Part shown: positions 11,713 to 25,400 of the stretch, in pieces
Layout of the letters: the number at the start of each line of letters is the position of its first letter
Numbering within the stretch: position 1 is the first letter of the stretch
Source of the DNA: Cenococcum geophilum
Taxonomy: Eukaryota
Assembly (NCBI GenBank): GCA_050273025.1
Contig: CP158636.1
Span: 12,524,001-12,588,000, forward strand
Direction: 5' to 3'
Length of the DNA: 64,000 bases
The notes under the pieces: model-generated
Seen by the model: only the letters and a program-made list of their open reading frames with translations
Databases searched by the model: none
What the model was told of the DNA's origin: nothing
Made by a program: the position numbers and the translations under genes

Positions 11713-12797
11713 AAGGCACGGGTTAAGATACGGCAGCCTAAGGAACTTAAGGTGTTTAATAGCCTAAGGTTGTCTATAGTATTGCTTATAGCTATCCATT
11801 ATTAGGATTCCCTCAAGAGTTAAACTTCTTTTGGTGCTTAATCTCTTGTGGAGTCCATTTATGCTCTTCTTCTGCGTCAAGGACTTGCTAAATATTATCT
11901 CTAATAGTACCCCCGTTTATAGAGACAAATACTCCTTTCTCCCGAAGGAAGTCTTAAAAATCTTAAATAATATAAATATTACTAAGTGCCCAGGTGTTGG
12001 CAGTCTATCCCATAAAATCCTCCCTAAAATATTCCCATAGCTGTGAATCGGCGTAGTATCTACTTCGGTAAAATAGAATATGGTGTAGGAGAAAGCCATT
12101 AACTTGTTTTACGGTACAAGTTGTTATATTAAGGGTAAATTCGTCCCAATTTTCGTCGATGAGTTTCGCGTATATAGCTACCCCTAGTGGTAAGGAGTCT
12201 CTCCAGTTATTTAGAATAGCCATAGTTATGTCTTCGGAGGGAGGGAGATGTTGTTAGTATAGGGATTGTCGTCTAGTACGCGTTCGTGATGTGTATTTAT
12301 CGTTTAGTATACGTTTGTCGTTTAGTACGCGTTCGGACGTGTATTTGCGATTATAGGGCTTAGGACTAGTTCTAGCCTTAAATCGCGAAGACTCGTAAAG
12401 CGTGTTATTCTGCGTAATGGACGCAAGAATCCGTAATCTTAGAAAGGCTTAGGACCAGTTCTGGCCTTTTAGATCCTTAGATTTGTGGAAGAGTTCTATT
12501 TAAAGTTTAGGACCAGTTCTGACCTTAAAAAACAGCTTTCTCTAGCACGAGTAGCACTGGTACAGTGGCTCGTCTCTTCTTAGTAATACCTAGCTGTTCT
12601 GTGGTATAACAGTGAAGTTAACCACTAATTAGTGTTGGTTATATAAGGGGGATATCACGTAGCTACGGTTCGTAGATAGTATAATGATTGTTGTTTCTTA
12701 TTCTTAATAGGAATGAGGAAAGGGGTGAGGAACTTAAGGTTCCTTACCGCGCTAGGGCCATGTTGACACGTGACGGCAACTTGCCTCATTCCCGACA

Positions 12798-13990
12798 TTA
12801 TATATAAAATCTAAGTTATATAGCTAAGGAGTTAAAGAGTTATAAAAGATTTTAGGAAAAGTATATATAAAATATAATTATACATAAAATAGTAATCTAT
12901 AGTAATATTAGTTCCGCTTACTATCTTTAACTAAACTAATAGCGATTTTCTATCCTTAAAAGAGAAAATCCTAATTAGCCTATTTAGTAATTAAAAATAG
13001 TTAAACTCTGCGCTACTATCTAAATTTAATAGACTATTGGAAATATTTTAAGGGCTTACTTACTATTCTATGCTATTTTATAGATCTACTTTAAAATAGA
13101 GTAGAACCTTTAAGTATATAATATTTACTTTTATAGTAGTCTTATTTAGCAATAGTAGTACTAATAAATATTATTAATGCGGTTACTTAATATTAAGCTA
13201 TTTTAAACCCCTGTATTATTATATAAATATATTTAATATTTACTATTATAATAGCTTTACCCAGTAACAGTAGTGGTAATAAACAATAAGTAATAAGGCT
13301 ATTTTATAAACGCGAGATATATTAGTATATATATTAAATTTATACTACTACTCTAGTTACTAACGTACTTACTACTATAGTTATTATTCTAATTACTACT
13401 CTACTCTCTACTTTTACTACTATTTTACTATCGCTTCTTATACTATTCCTACTTTTACTATTATTTTATTACTATTCTTAGTATTATATTTACTATTATC
13501 TTTATTCTTTTACTAGTTCTTTTACCAGTTCTCTAAGCTTTAGAAGGGCTAATATTTACTTATATCCTCTACTTCTATTACCTTTATAGCCTAGAACTAA
13601 GTTAAGGCACCTAACCATACTAGCTATTTTATAGCCTCTTAGGCGCTCTTATTATTATTTAAAACTTCCTAAAGGTTTAGAAGTGCATTTTTCTATAAAA
13701 TCCGCCCTTTAGTAGTTGTTATAAAGTATAAGCGATAATAATATATAGCAAAGTAGATATTATTAAGCTATATATATAAACTATGTAATAAGATTAAGAA
13801 GTTACATAAAGAAAAAGGTAGAAAAACGGGAAGAAAGGGCATATATTGTTAAATTAATTGCTTAGTTAATATATACACAAAGCAAAATAGGATTCGCGTA
13901 GTAGTCCTAGCAGAACTTAGTAGGATTTAGTAAAACTTAGCGGAATATAGCAGAATATAGCAGATTGCCATCAGATTGCCGCAAATTGCC
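12798..13990. other. Heavily RIPed unclassified repeat relic, continuous with ~10100-10462 across the Copia insertion
   Basis: Bases 12905-13030 are homologous to the 3' region of Gypsy D (22755-22880). Short tandem repeats at 13905-13993. No clear domain. Confidence 0.45.
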
Positions 13991-16900
13991 ATCTTATAGT
14001 CGGTCTCTAGTTACTAAGTTAGTGGAAATAGGTGGATGTATATAAGGTATTACAGGGGTGTCCTATAATAGTACCCCTTTTAAACTTAAGCTTCTATAAG
14101 GTAGGACTATAATAGTTCTAGGTAGGGTTTATAAAAGTCCCCTATAGCTTATATAAGTCCTTAGAGTTAACTAGTTCCTATAAGGGCTTAATAAAGCCTC
14201 TCTATTTTATAAGGTATATATATTAGCGTTTCCTTTTATTATACTTAATATTATTAATTCTTTTAATAAAGTACTTATTCTTACTATCTACTTTAACTAA
14301 TAGGGGAGGGTTCTATATCTATTTAGGTAGGGTATTTAATATAGAGGTAGTAGGGTAAAGGACTAACGTATTATTACGGACGCTTTAAGTACGATGTTAC
14401 GACTACTTAGAGAAGAGACGAAAGAAGCTAGTTGGTTAATTTAGGCATGGTTTAGGATAGAGCTGATAGAACCATATAACAAGGAATAGTAACTAAGGTC
14501 ATATAATGTGCTACGTATTAAACAAGAGGAACGAAAGGAACTTACGTACCTTATATATAAGACGTATATTACGTATAAGAAGGATTTTATAGGAGTACGG
14601 TTGTGTATTTAAGGACCCTTAGTCTCTACCTAGATAGTTCCTTCCTTATAGTAATTCTCAGAATATAATTAGAGTTAATTTGTTAGGCAACCACTCTACT
14701 AATTATTATTACGTTGTTAACTTCTATACTTGCATTTTCTATATACCTAGCCTAATAACGAGCCTATTGTAGTTCTTGCTACAAGGTTCCGTTACACAAT
14801 TACTACCTAGTTACGGTATTAATATAGGAAGTTAAACAATATGCCACCAAAAGCAGCCACTATAACGCTATTAACGGCAGCAACTACTTTAAGGATAGGA
14901 GGTGATACTAGTATAGTAGATACTAATTTATAGCAACCTATAACGGTCAGACAGCTATAGGAAATAGTTAACTAGCTAACGGCTAATAATATAGTGTTAG
15001 AAGAAAGACTTAACGGGATAGGAGTAGCAAAGATTAAGCTACTATTAATTAAGAGATTTATAGGAAAAAGGTTAAAGCTTAAAGGATTCCTTACGTAGAT
15101 GCACTTTAAGGTCTTATAGAAAGGAGTAAAGTTACCTATACCTATGGATCGGATAGCCTACGCAGGACTATTCTTATTAGGAAAAGCACTTAAGTAGTTT
15201 AAATTTTACCTTACGGAGATATAGGCAAATAGAATAACAACTATTAACTAAGACGTGTAATTTATGTTCTTAAGTTAGGAAGGATTTATAGAATAACTTA
15301 CGCAGATATTTAGAGACCTAAAAGAAATAACTATAGCGGAAAGAAAACTTTAGAACCTTATATAGCGAACTTTAGCAATTAAGTATATAATATAGTTCCA
15401 GACACTAGCAATATAAGTAAAATAGAATAATAGGGCGCTTATAGCACAGTATAAATAGGGACTTAAGGCTAAAGTCTAGGACGTAATTATCCTAATAGAA
15501 GATGCGGATACCCTAAGGGGACTAATAGATTAGACGATTAAGATTAATAATTAAATCTACCAAAGGGAATAGGCTAAGAGAGGCCAGAATAGAGTTCTAT
15601 AGTCGTATAAGGCGCAGAGTACGTAACAACAAAAGCTAAGTTAAAAACCATGGTATGGCGCAGAGCTAATGGACCTAAGTGGTACTAAAAAAGCCTATAA
15701 GAGATGGAGCAAACTATAGAAACCTAGGGGATAAGGATTAAGTAATTAAAGGTCTAAAGAGCAGAGGCTGAATTAGGGATCTTAACAGCAGAAGACATTT
15801 AGGCGGACTCCATAGCAAGAAAAATGGTTTAAAGAAGGAGCTTATATAAATTGCGGAAAATAAGGTTATTACGTTAGAGACTATAAAAGTGGGTAGAGTT
15901 ACTATATAGTAAAGGGTATAAGACTAGTAGATGATATACACGTATAGAGGGACGATAATATACTACGAGGAACAAAAGAATGTTTAATATAAAGTTTTAC
16001 GTTTTATTATAACAACGTATACTAAATTTATAAGGACGCTAAGTATGGTATAAGCTATTAGCTATAAAAGCTAGCACCTATAGAATATAAAGGAACTAAT
16101 AAACTAGTTCACAGATTGGATATTAAGGATAATAAATTCAACCTAGGCGAAACATTCCATAATAATAAGGTAATAAGGGCCGCTTACTAGGAGCGAGCAG
16201 ACCTTAAAGATATTATACTAGAGGTAGAGAATAATTCCACTATAGAATAGGGAATATTAGTAGGGATTAAAACCCCACTAGATATAATATCTATCGCTTT
16301 ATAAGACGTAAAAGAAGTAGGATAGTAAACCACTTCGGTACTTAATAAAGGCAAAAGGCTAAAGGCTTAAGATTTTTATAGCGAGATAAGAGATAACTAA
16401 GATTCTTAAAATAAGATAAGGTAAGCTTAAGGACCTATAACGGACAATAACCAATAGAGTAGAGCAATAGCTTAGTTTAGAGATATATAAATAAGCTTAG
16501 GACGGAAGTTCCCATAGATATAAGATTCTTAAGACAAGATAAGTAAGATTTAAGACTCTTAAGACGAGATAAGAACACTAAGTAAGCCTAATTAAACTAA
16601 GGCTGAAGCTAAGCTTAAGTTAGAAGTAAGCTCAGGATTAAAGAACCTAAGGGGTTAAAAATTCGGAGTATAAATTAAGACACCTATAGATAAGAGGCAA
16701 GGAGCTTCTTTATAGATTAAAGAATCTACGGCATAAACAGTAATTAGACTAGAAGACGAATATATAAACCTAAAGGATTTACTAGTTAAATAAAGTGTTC
16801 GGACTAAAGATTAAAAAGTTAATACTAGGATTAAGAAGTAAAACGACTTTAAGGATTAAAGCGTAAGGCGCAAACTAAAAGAAACTATAGAAGAGTTTAG

Positions 16901-17786
16901 GCAAAGAATTATCGCATAGTAAGAACAGAAACTAGATAAGAAATCTAGCATATTAGGATATATAAAGGATAAAGCACTAGTACAAAAAATCACTAATAGG
17001 CTAAGAGTAGGCACACTAAGAGCCAAGTGGCTTACTAAACTAGAAGAAGAAGAGAATCTAGGGATTTTAACTAGGTTCGAAGAATAACATATAAAGGGCT
17101 ATTATAATATAGTAATAAGAAGATACTTCCTTACGGATAGACCGTATACACTCTAGTAGCTATACCAAAAGTGGTATAGACAAAGGCACAATAATAAGTG
17201 GGAAGATTTCTATATATAGTTAGATAAAAAAGTTATCTAGGACTACCCAATTATAGAAAAGGCCATAACGCATATTAAAGAAGCCTTAATTATAATATTA
17301 AAGGATCTAAAGGAACGTTTAGAGGACTAAAAAAGTAAGAGACGCATCTTAATACCTGCGAATAAAGTTATAACATTTAGATTAGCATAATAAAGGTTTA
17401 AACTCTAGGACAAAAATAAGCTAAGAGTTAACCTAAAGCACCTAGTATACTATACGTTATTATAGATTACGTATATAGACAATATATACAAAATGTATAA
17501 GAATCTAAAGAAAAAGAATTAGAAATACCCTATAAGGATATACTAAATAATAGACGAGTAATAGTACAGAAATGCTAAATATATATATAGATAGCATCCA
17601 GCAGAGGTCCAAAAGGAAGGAAGTTTAGTACTTTAACCAGAAAGATTCCTTATAGAAGAATGCTTAGACGGATAACAGTGGTAGAAATGCCTAGAAAACA
17701 CGTGTCTATAGTATATTAAAGATAAAAAGCGAACTAGGTATTAGCTAAAGAGTAAGCTAAGTACACCAGAATTAAGCAGCTAATAG

Positions 17787-17795
17787 TTAGGAAAA
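17787..17795 (+). other. Putative -1 ribosomal frameshift site between gag and pol (pre-RIP G GGA AAA)
   Basis: TTA GGA AAA lies in the gag frame in A and in C (50444-50452), and the downstream protease (ALIDSG) is in the -1 frame. The leading G is inferred by reversing RIP. Confidence 0.6.
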
Positions 17796-20700
17796 GTAGA
17801 GGCCTATAGGACCAAAGGGAGCTAGTAGTAGAGCCTTAGACCCTTAAAGGAATTCAAGGACAACACCTAAATTTATAGATTAATTAGTAAAATCAGCAGT
17901 TCAAAGCGCTAATAGATAGTAGAGTAACGCGAAACTATATCTTACTAGCAGTAGTTAAGAGAATAGGACTACCTTATAGATAGAAGGAGCAATCTTACCT
18001 ATTAGTTATAATTTTAGGAGATCTAATAACCTATAGAGGAGGGATTATTAATCTTAAAATAGGACCTATTTAGATAACTATTAAAGGAAGACAAATTAAG
18101 ATGTCTTTTAATATCCTACCATTAGGATAGGATAAGGCAGTATTAAGTATACCTTAGTTACAGGAATATAATCTAAGGATTAACTAGATTATAAGTTAGG
18201 TTAATATTAAAGATACTTAACGCCGTAAGATGCGATAATAAGCCAAGTTGGTATAGTACTAAGTAAAAGCAACCTATAAAGAAATAGAAAAAGGACTAAG
18301 TTATATACTAAAGAGATACTATAAGTACGGCAAAAAACTATAGTTACCGGAAAGTAAAAAGCTATTAGAATATACAGTATAGGACTATAAGATAGAGTTA
18401 GAACTAGAAATAAGTCTAAAGTTTTTTTCAATCTATAAGCTTACCGAGGAAAAAGGTAGAGCGTTAAAAGAGTTTATCTAGGAAAATCTATAAAAGGGAT
18501 ATATTAGACCATTATAGTTATTAGCGGGTTATCCAGTACTGTTTGTACTAAAGAAAAATAGCAAACTAAGGCTGTGTATCAACTATAGATAGTTAAATAG
18601 CATTACTAAGAAGGATAGGTATTCTTTACCCTTAATTAGCGAAATCTAAGATAGGATAGGCAATATATAAATCTTTACGAAGATAGATCTAAGATAGGCG
18701 TACCATTAGATTAGGATTAAGGAAGGCGATAAGTAAAAGGCAGCCTTTAGGTCAAAGGAAGAACTATATAAACTATTAGTTATATAATTTAGGCTTATAA
18801 ACGCACTAGTAATATTCTAAAAGCGTATTAACAATATATTAGGAGAATACTTAGATAAATTTGTTATAGTATATCTCAACAATATTATTATCTACTTAAT
18901 AACTAAGAAAGAATATAGGGAACACGTTAAATAGGTCTTAAAGAGACTATAGAAAAAACAGATGCTAGTAGTAATTAAAAAATACAAGTTCTTTACCAAA
19001 AAAACCAATTTCGTTAGATTTATTATTAAACTAGGCCAACTTAGTATAGATCTAAAGAAGATTAAGGCTATAGTAAATTGGTAGGAACTAGAGAACGTTA
19101 TATAGTTAAGATTATTCCTAGGGTTTTGCAATTACTGTAGAAGGTTTATAGCGTAGTAGTTAAAGGATATTAAGCCATTTACGCGGTTAACGAAGAAAGA
19201 AGAACTATAGGCATAGGGAGAGAAGTAAAGAAAACTCTTTAAAAAAATTAAAGAGTTATTTACCTAGGAGCTAGTTCTTAAGATCTATTAACTAGGACTA
19301 GAGACGGTTATAGAGATAAATATATTAAACTATACACTAAGGGCGTGCTTTATATAAAAGCATTAGGATAAATAGCACCTAGTAGCATACTATAGTTGGA
19401 AGATAACACTACTAGAGTTAAACTATAATATCTATAACAAGGAGTTGTTAGGTATAGTTATAGTATTAAAGAAATAAAGAGTATTTTTATAAGGTACAAA
19501 AAAACCATTTATAGTTAAAATAGATTATAAGAACCTAATAGGATTCCTAATAACGAAGGAACTTAACTAAAGATAGGTTAAATGGGCAGAAATGCTTACG
19601 GAATACCATTTTAAGATTTAATATACTAAAGGTACAGACAATACGCGGGCAGATACTCTAAGCCGTAAAGCTAAACTATAAAATAAGAAAAAGCTATTAG
19701 GGGCTTTATTACAAAAGGATATAGACAGATTAATTAGGTATAATTATCTAAAAATTGTAGTAACTTAAGAAGATAGTAAACTAGAGAAAGTTTACGAGAT
19801 ACTAAAAAGCTTTTAGGCATAAAGAATTCTAAAAATATAGCTAGAAGATTTATAGACGGATATATACAAAAATCAAAAAGTAAAGTATATCCTAAAAAGC
19901 ATAGTAGAGTAGTTTATAGAAGACTTCTATAAGGGACTAACTTAAGGATATAATAGAGCTATAGGCCTAGTATTAAGACTCTAGGAGGAATACATTATTA
20001 ACGGAATCTAGAGAATAGCTAGAAAAGTTATAAAGGAATATTTAAATTACTAAAGAAATAAACTAATAAGGTATAAGCTATATAGAGGGCTACAACCTAT
20101 TAAAATACTAGAGAGACCACAGGAGGTTATATTATAGGACTTTATTATTAAATTACTAAAATTAAAAGATCCTATTACCGGACAAGATTATAACGCGATC
20201 TTAGTAATAGTAGATAAGCTTATAAAATAGGGATACTTTATAATATATACAGAAGAAATCTTAGCGGAAGATATCGCTAGAATCTACGTTAAAGAAGTGT
20301 TTATAAGACATGGAGCACTAAATAAGATTATATTAGATAGAGATCTAAGATTTATAACAGCATTTTAGGAAGTATTCTTAGCGGAGTAAGGAGTTTAAGC
20401 AGTAACTTCCACTACATATTATCCGCAGATAGATAGTTAAATAGAAAGATTAAATTAAACACTAGAGCAGTATCTAAGGTATTATATTAATCATATACAG
20501 AATAATTGGGTATTACTATTACTAGTTATATAGTTTATATATAATGCAATACCTTAAAAAGGAATAGGCATATTACCATTTAAGGCAAATTACGGATATA
20601 AACTAAGAACATTATTATTACTACGGTAAGTAAAGAAAACGAGTAGTATAGCCAAAGAAAGAATAAAGACGTTAATGAATCTTTATATAGACCTTATAAA

Positions 20701-21137
20701 ATTAGCAAAGAAAGTACAGTAGAGAATAAAAAAGTACTATAATGCTAAGAGATCTAAGGGACTAGATCTTAAGGAGGGAGATAAAGTATAGCTACTATAT
20801 AAAAATTTCAAGAGTTAACGACTAAGTAAGAAATTAAACTATGTTAGACTAGGACCTTTCAAAATTATATAGAAGATTTTACCGGTCACGTTTAAGTTAA
20901 ACCTACTAGCCAAAATAAAGATCTACCCTATATAGTATATCGCAATGCTAAAGCTAGTATATAGAAATATTAAGCTACCAGTTTATAAAGTAGACACGTA
21001 CAGAGGATAAGAAGAAGACGAATAGTAAGTTTTAAAGATTGTTAATTATAAGGACATTAACAATAAAACATAGTATAAGGTTAAGTAGATAGGCTACACT
21101 AAGACTACCTAGAAGCCACTAGAAAATTTAAAGAACG

Positions 21138-21789
21138 CTATAGAAAAGGTATAGGAGTATTAAAAGAAATTAGGTTAAGTAGTATTAATAAAAAAAAATC
21201 GCTAAAGAATAAGTTACCTAAGGGGGACCTAAGAAGAGCAGTTGCTGAACTACTTAGATCTATTTCCTTCTCTGTTAGAGGAGAATCCGTTCTTTTATTA
21301 CCTAGTTTCTGCAGACCTTATTTTATAAGTTTCTACTTCTTAAAACAAACCTTCTTATAAACCTTTTTAAGACAAAGTAGACGAGCAGACGCCGCGATTT
21401 AAGTATTTAAAGCCTTTTATTCCGCGTTATAGGAACGTTCCAACTTAATAAGGGCTTACAATAATTTACTATCTAGCCGCGTAGTAGTAGATTAAATACA
21501 AAACCCTAAGATAAATTAATTAGGAAACCAGACGACTATTAAGAGTAATAGGTCGCGTATATTTAGTATTAGAAGTAGAGCAAACGTTATAGGATAAATA
21601 AATATTCGCTTTAGTATACTTTAAGCAAAAGGACAATTATTACAAAGATAGGTTCGCTAACGCAATATAAACTAATCCCTCTTTTAAATAACGAGAATAT
21701 GGAGACGGTATAATCTCACTAAGAGATAATATTATAGCAACAGTGCGAGCACGACGTTGGGCGTATAAAGAAGAAATTGCTTTAGGTAT
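21138..21789 (-). pseudogene. Antisense spliced Zn(II)2Cys6-like/helical accessory gene, copy in A
   Basis: De-RIPed MPKAISSL...MPSPCSRC-x6-C-x13-CSEC-x8-CDVRSTSDAE|W. Cys4 survives as TGC. Confidence 0.7.
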
Positions 21790-22476
21790 AATAAGCAATA
21801 ATATTAACTAAATTAATTAGACGGATATTACACCTTTAGTAAACGACTTAGAGATATTTTAAATCTTTAAGGACAAAGATAAAGAAGAGGAAGATAGTAT
21901 TACGGACGCTTTAAGTATAATATTATAACTACTTAGAGAAGAGACAGAAGAAGCTAGTTAGTTAATTTAGGTACAGTTTAGGATAGAGCCGATAGAACTA
22001 TATGACGAGGAATAGTAACTAAGGTTATATAATGTGCTACGTATTAAATAAGAGAAATAAAAGGAACTTATATACCTTATATATAAGACGTACATTACGT
22101 ATAAGAAGGATTTTATAGGAGTATAGTTGTGTATTTAAGGACCCTTAGTCCCTACCTAGATAGTTCCTTCCTTATAGTGATTCTTAGAATATAATTAGAG
22201 TTAATCTGTTAGGCAACCACTCCACTAGTTATTATTACGTTGTTAACTTCTATACTTGCATTTTCTACACACCTAGCCCAATAACGAGCCTATTGTAGTT
22301 CTTGCTATAAGGTTCCGTTACACGTATAAAATATAGGGTAGATTTAAACCGTATTGGGGAGCTTTAGTTAGTAGGCGTAAGAGAAAATAACCTTTTTAAC
22401 TTTATAAGGGCTAGCGTTTTTCTAATTAAGTTTCTTAATAGGTTATTTTATATTTAGATTTCTTATATTTAGTTAG

Positions 22477-25400
22477 TGTTACAGTACTGTAATAAAGTAG
22501 ACTAAATAACTACGTTATAGTATAAAGAGGGGAAGAAGGTAGAAAGGGGGTATTGTATATAAATAGTAGGGCCAGCCGCTAAGTCGCTAGTGGTAGGCTA
22601 GCTAATAATAGAAAACAGTACGAGATAGTATAAAACAGTATACGTTAGGTTAATGCCGTAACAGTACTCCTCTTTCCTAGATAGTTTAGTCCCTAAACTA
22701 AATAGATAACTTAAAAATAGGCAGTATATAGGGTTGCCTATTTTTACTACAAAGATATTAGTTCCGCTTACCGCCCTTAACTAAGCTAATAGCGATTTTC
22801 TATACCGGGCATAAAAAAACCTAATTAGTTAGTTTAGTGAGTAAGATTAGCAGAACTCTATACCACTACCTAAATCAATCCGTATAGCGTTTCTTAGTAA
22901 GAATTTGGCTAATTAGATAACTTTAACCGCTAGTTAAAGTTCTATAACATCTTAACCACCACAAATTTTAATACGGTAGTTGGCCGCGACCTTAGCGTGA
23001 CTTTTCTTTATCTTATACCCAGTTTTGGGGTTCTAGCTTTTTAGGGTGTTGCTTATAGAAGCGCTATATAGCTTATTTATAACCCTTTAGGTCTTCCTCT
23101 AGCTACTAGGTTATATCCTTATAATATTTCTATTTAATCTTATAAGTTAGGCCCTAGGGGTCTTTATTATATACATTAAGGATTTTCTTAAACTCCCATT
23201 TATCTTCTATGTTGCCGTTATTATCTCTCTTTACTACTCGTCCTTATATATTACGGAGCTCTATAGTATTAATATTTGCTTAGCTAGGGATCTCTTTAGT
23301 AGCCTAGAGGCGGACTTTAAATATATAAAAGGATTTATTTACTTAAATGTGGTCTAGGAGGTCTACTATAACTACCCCTTAGTATACTACGAGTACGGGG
23401 TACGGGCCGTCCTATTTATCGTCCCATTTCTTCTTAGGTCTATTTATTTTTATATTTTTTAAGCTAACTATAACTATATTACCTTTATAGAATAACGCGC
23501 TCTTATTTCTATAGGTATTAGTATTATCTTTATAGCGTTACTATAAAATCCGGGCTAGGGCCTTAAGCTATATTAATATCCGCTTAAAGCGGTTGGCTAT
23601 AAAGTCTACGTGGAGGAACTTCTTCTTTACTTATACTAATAGTGTTAATAGGCGGGGGCTAGCAGGCTTAATTTTAAGGTAAGGGTTAAAGCTATAGTTT
23701 ACAAAAAATAGGGAGATGCCTATACTTTTATTAACTTAGTTATTTATAGCAAACTTAGTAAGCGGTAGGTAGTTAACCTAGTTATTCTATATAAAGCTAA
23801 TAAAAGTATAAAGGTATTTATTTACGGCAGCGTTAATAATTTTAATTTAGCTGTCCGTTTCTAAGTATTAAGCTAAGCTTAATTACAAGATTGTCTTAAG
23901 GTATTTACTTAGTCGTTGTTAGAAGTCGCTAATAAATTATATACCGTAATTAGAGATAATCGTACTTAGTGCACCGTAGAGCTTATATACGTTATTAACA
24001 AAGCTATTAACTAGCTTCTCTGTTAAGAGTCCTATTACTAAAACAAAATATTATATTTTAGTTAGGCAGTCTATAATAATAAGGATATATTTATATGCCT
24101 TGCTGTGGCGTTAGTATACTAGCAGTGTTATAATATAGTTAATTAAGATATTAGTCTATGGGCGGGCGGGTAATTTTAATAGCTTTAAAAAACCAAGCGG
24201 GGTAAAATAGGGGGTCTTAGTGCGGAAGTATAGGGCATAGTTTTTAATAAATATAGCCGTAAACTGGGAAATTCCTGGCTACTAGTATATTTGGTTTAAG
24301 AGGTTAAAAGTTTTAACCTAACTAGGGTAACTAGCGGGGCCGCTACTATAAGAGCGATAAGTAACTTTTAGGTAGAGGTCTAGGGCGTTAGGGACAAAGA
24401 GATATTAGCGGAAGTAGATCTATCTATTAATAATACTATATTCTAACTTATTACAACAAAGTAATTTCCTAATCTTCTTTAGCTAACGGCGAGCTTTCCA
24501 ATTATATAGGGCTGCTACTATATCTCTTATAAGTTCGTTCTCCTGGTATCCTAGCTAAATTAACTTATTTAGTAACTTTTTAGCTATTTTAGGGTCTAGA
24601 GCGGCTATAAACTCCGCGTTATTAGAGTTATAGGACTTATATAGTAATTCTTCTAAAATTATAGGGTTAACTTTCTAGGGCGGTATAACGACTTAGGCTC
24701 GGTGGCGGAGGCGTTTATTATTAGCGTCCTTAGGCCTTATTCCTAGTAGCCGGCTTAGGGCGTTAGGGAGTATAGCTTTATTACTAGGTCTATATATAAT
24801 TATAAAGTTAAACTATAAAAGGAACTCTACCTATTAGACTTAGCGTTAGTTTAGCTGCTTAGTAGTTATAAACGTCTATAGGTTCTTATAGTCGGTAATA
24901 ATTTTAAATAGCTCCTTAGTTCCTTACAGCTTAGGATACTATTCCTTTAAAGTCTTAATAATAGCTAAGAGTTCTTTATTATAGATCTTATAGTTATACT
25001 TTAGCGTAGAGTGCTTTACAAAGAAGAATACAACTAGTCTTAATTTTCCATTATTATTATATTGGGAAAGAACTCTACCGGAAGCCTAATTTAATACGTC
25101 TATCTCTACTACTATCTTCTTTATATAGTTATAGCATATTAGTACTAGTGCTAAAGTAAAGGCTCCCTTAAGGGCCTTAAACGATTTAGCTTGTTCTAGT
25201 CCCTATAGCTATATAATATCCTTCTTTAGGAGTTTTGTTATAGGTATAGCGATAGTAGAGTAGCCTTAGATAAATCGTTAGTAGAAGTTCGCAAAGCTAA
25301 GAAATTGTTATAGTTCTTTAATTAATATCGGGTCCTTCTATTCCTATAAGGCCTATACCTTCTTAGGGTCTATAGTTATGCTATTAGTTAAGATAATTAA

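Larger units (their letters stand above)
10463..12797 (-). mobile_element. Internally deleted, non-autonomous Copia-type LTR retrotransposon (2.3 kb)
   Basis: 165-bp LTRs at 10463-10627 and 12633-12797 (TGTTGG...CCGACA) with TSD TTATA. Gag-like start at 12223 (QLWEYFREDFMG). Copia-type RNase H tail IR[W]ISGQDNPADMMTKANPNKALETF at ~11010-11157. Confidence 0.85.
14372..22322 (+). mobile_element. Gypsy/chromovirus A, full length (7.95 kb), RIP-inactivated
   Basis: 425-bp LTRs at 14372-14796 and 21898-22322, TSD CGTAT, purine tract before the 3' LTR. Gag ATG 14841, CCHC ~15840, protease ~17910, RT YLNN ~18870, integrase ~20130-20860, chromodomain ~21015-21170. Confidence 0.97.
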
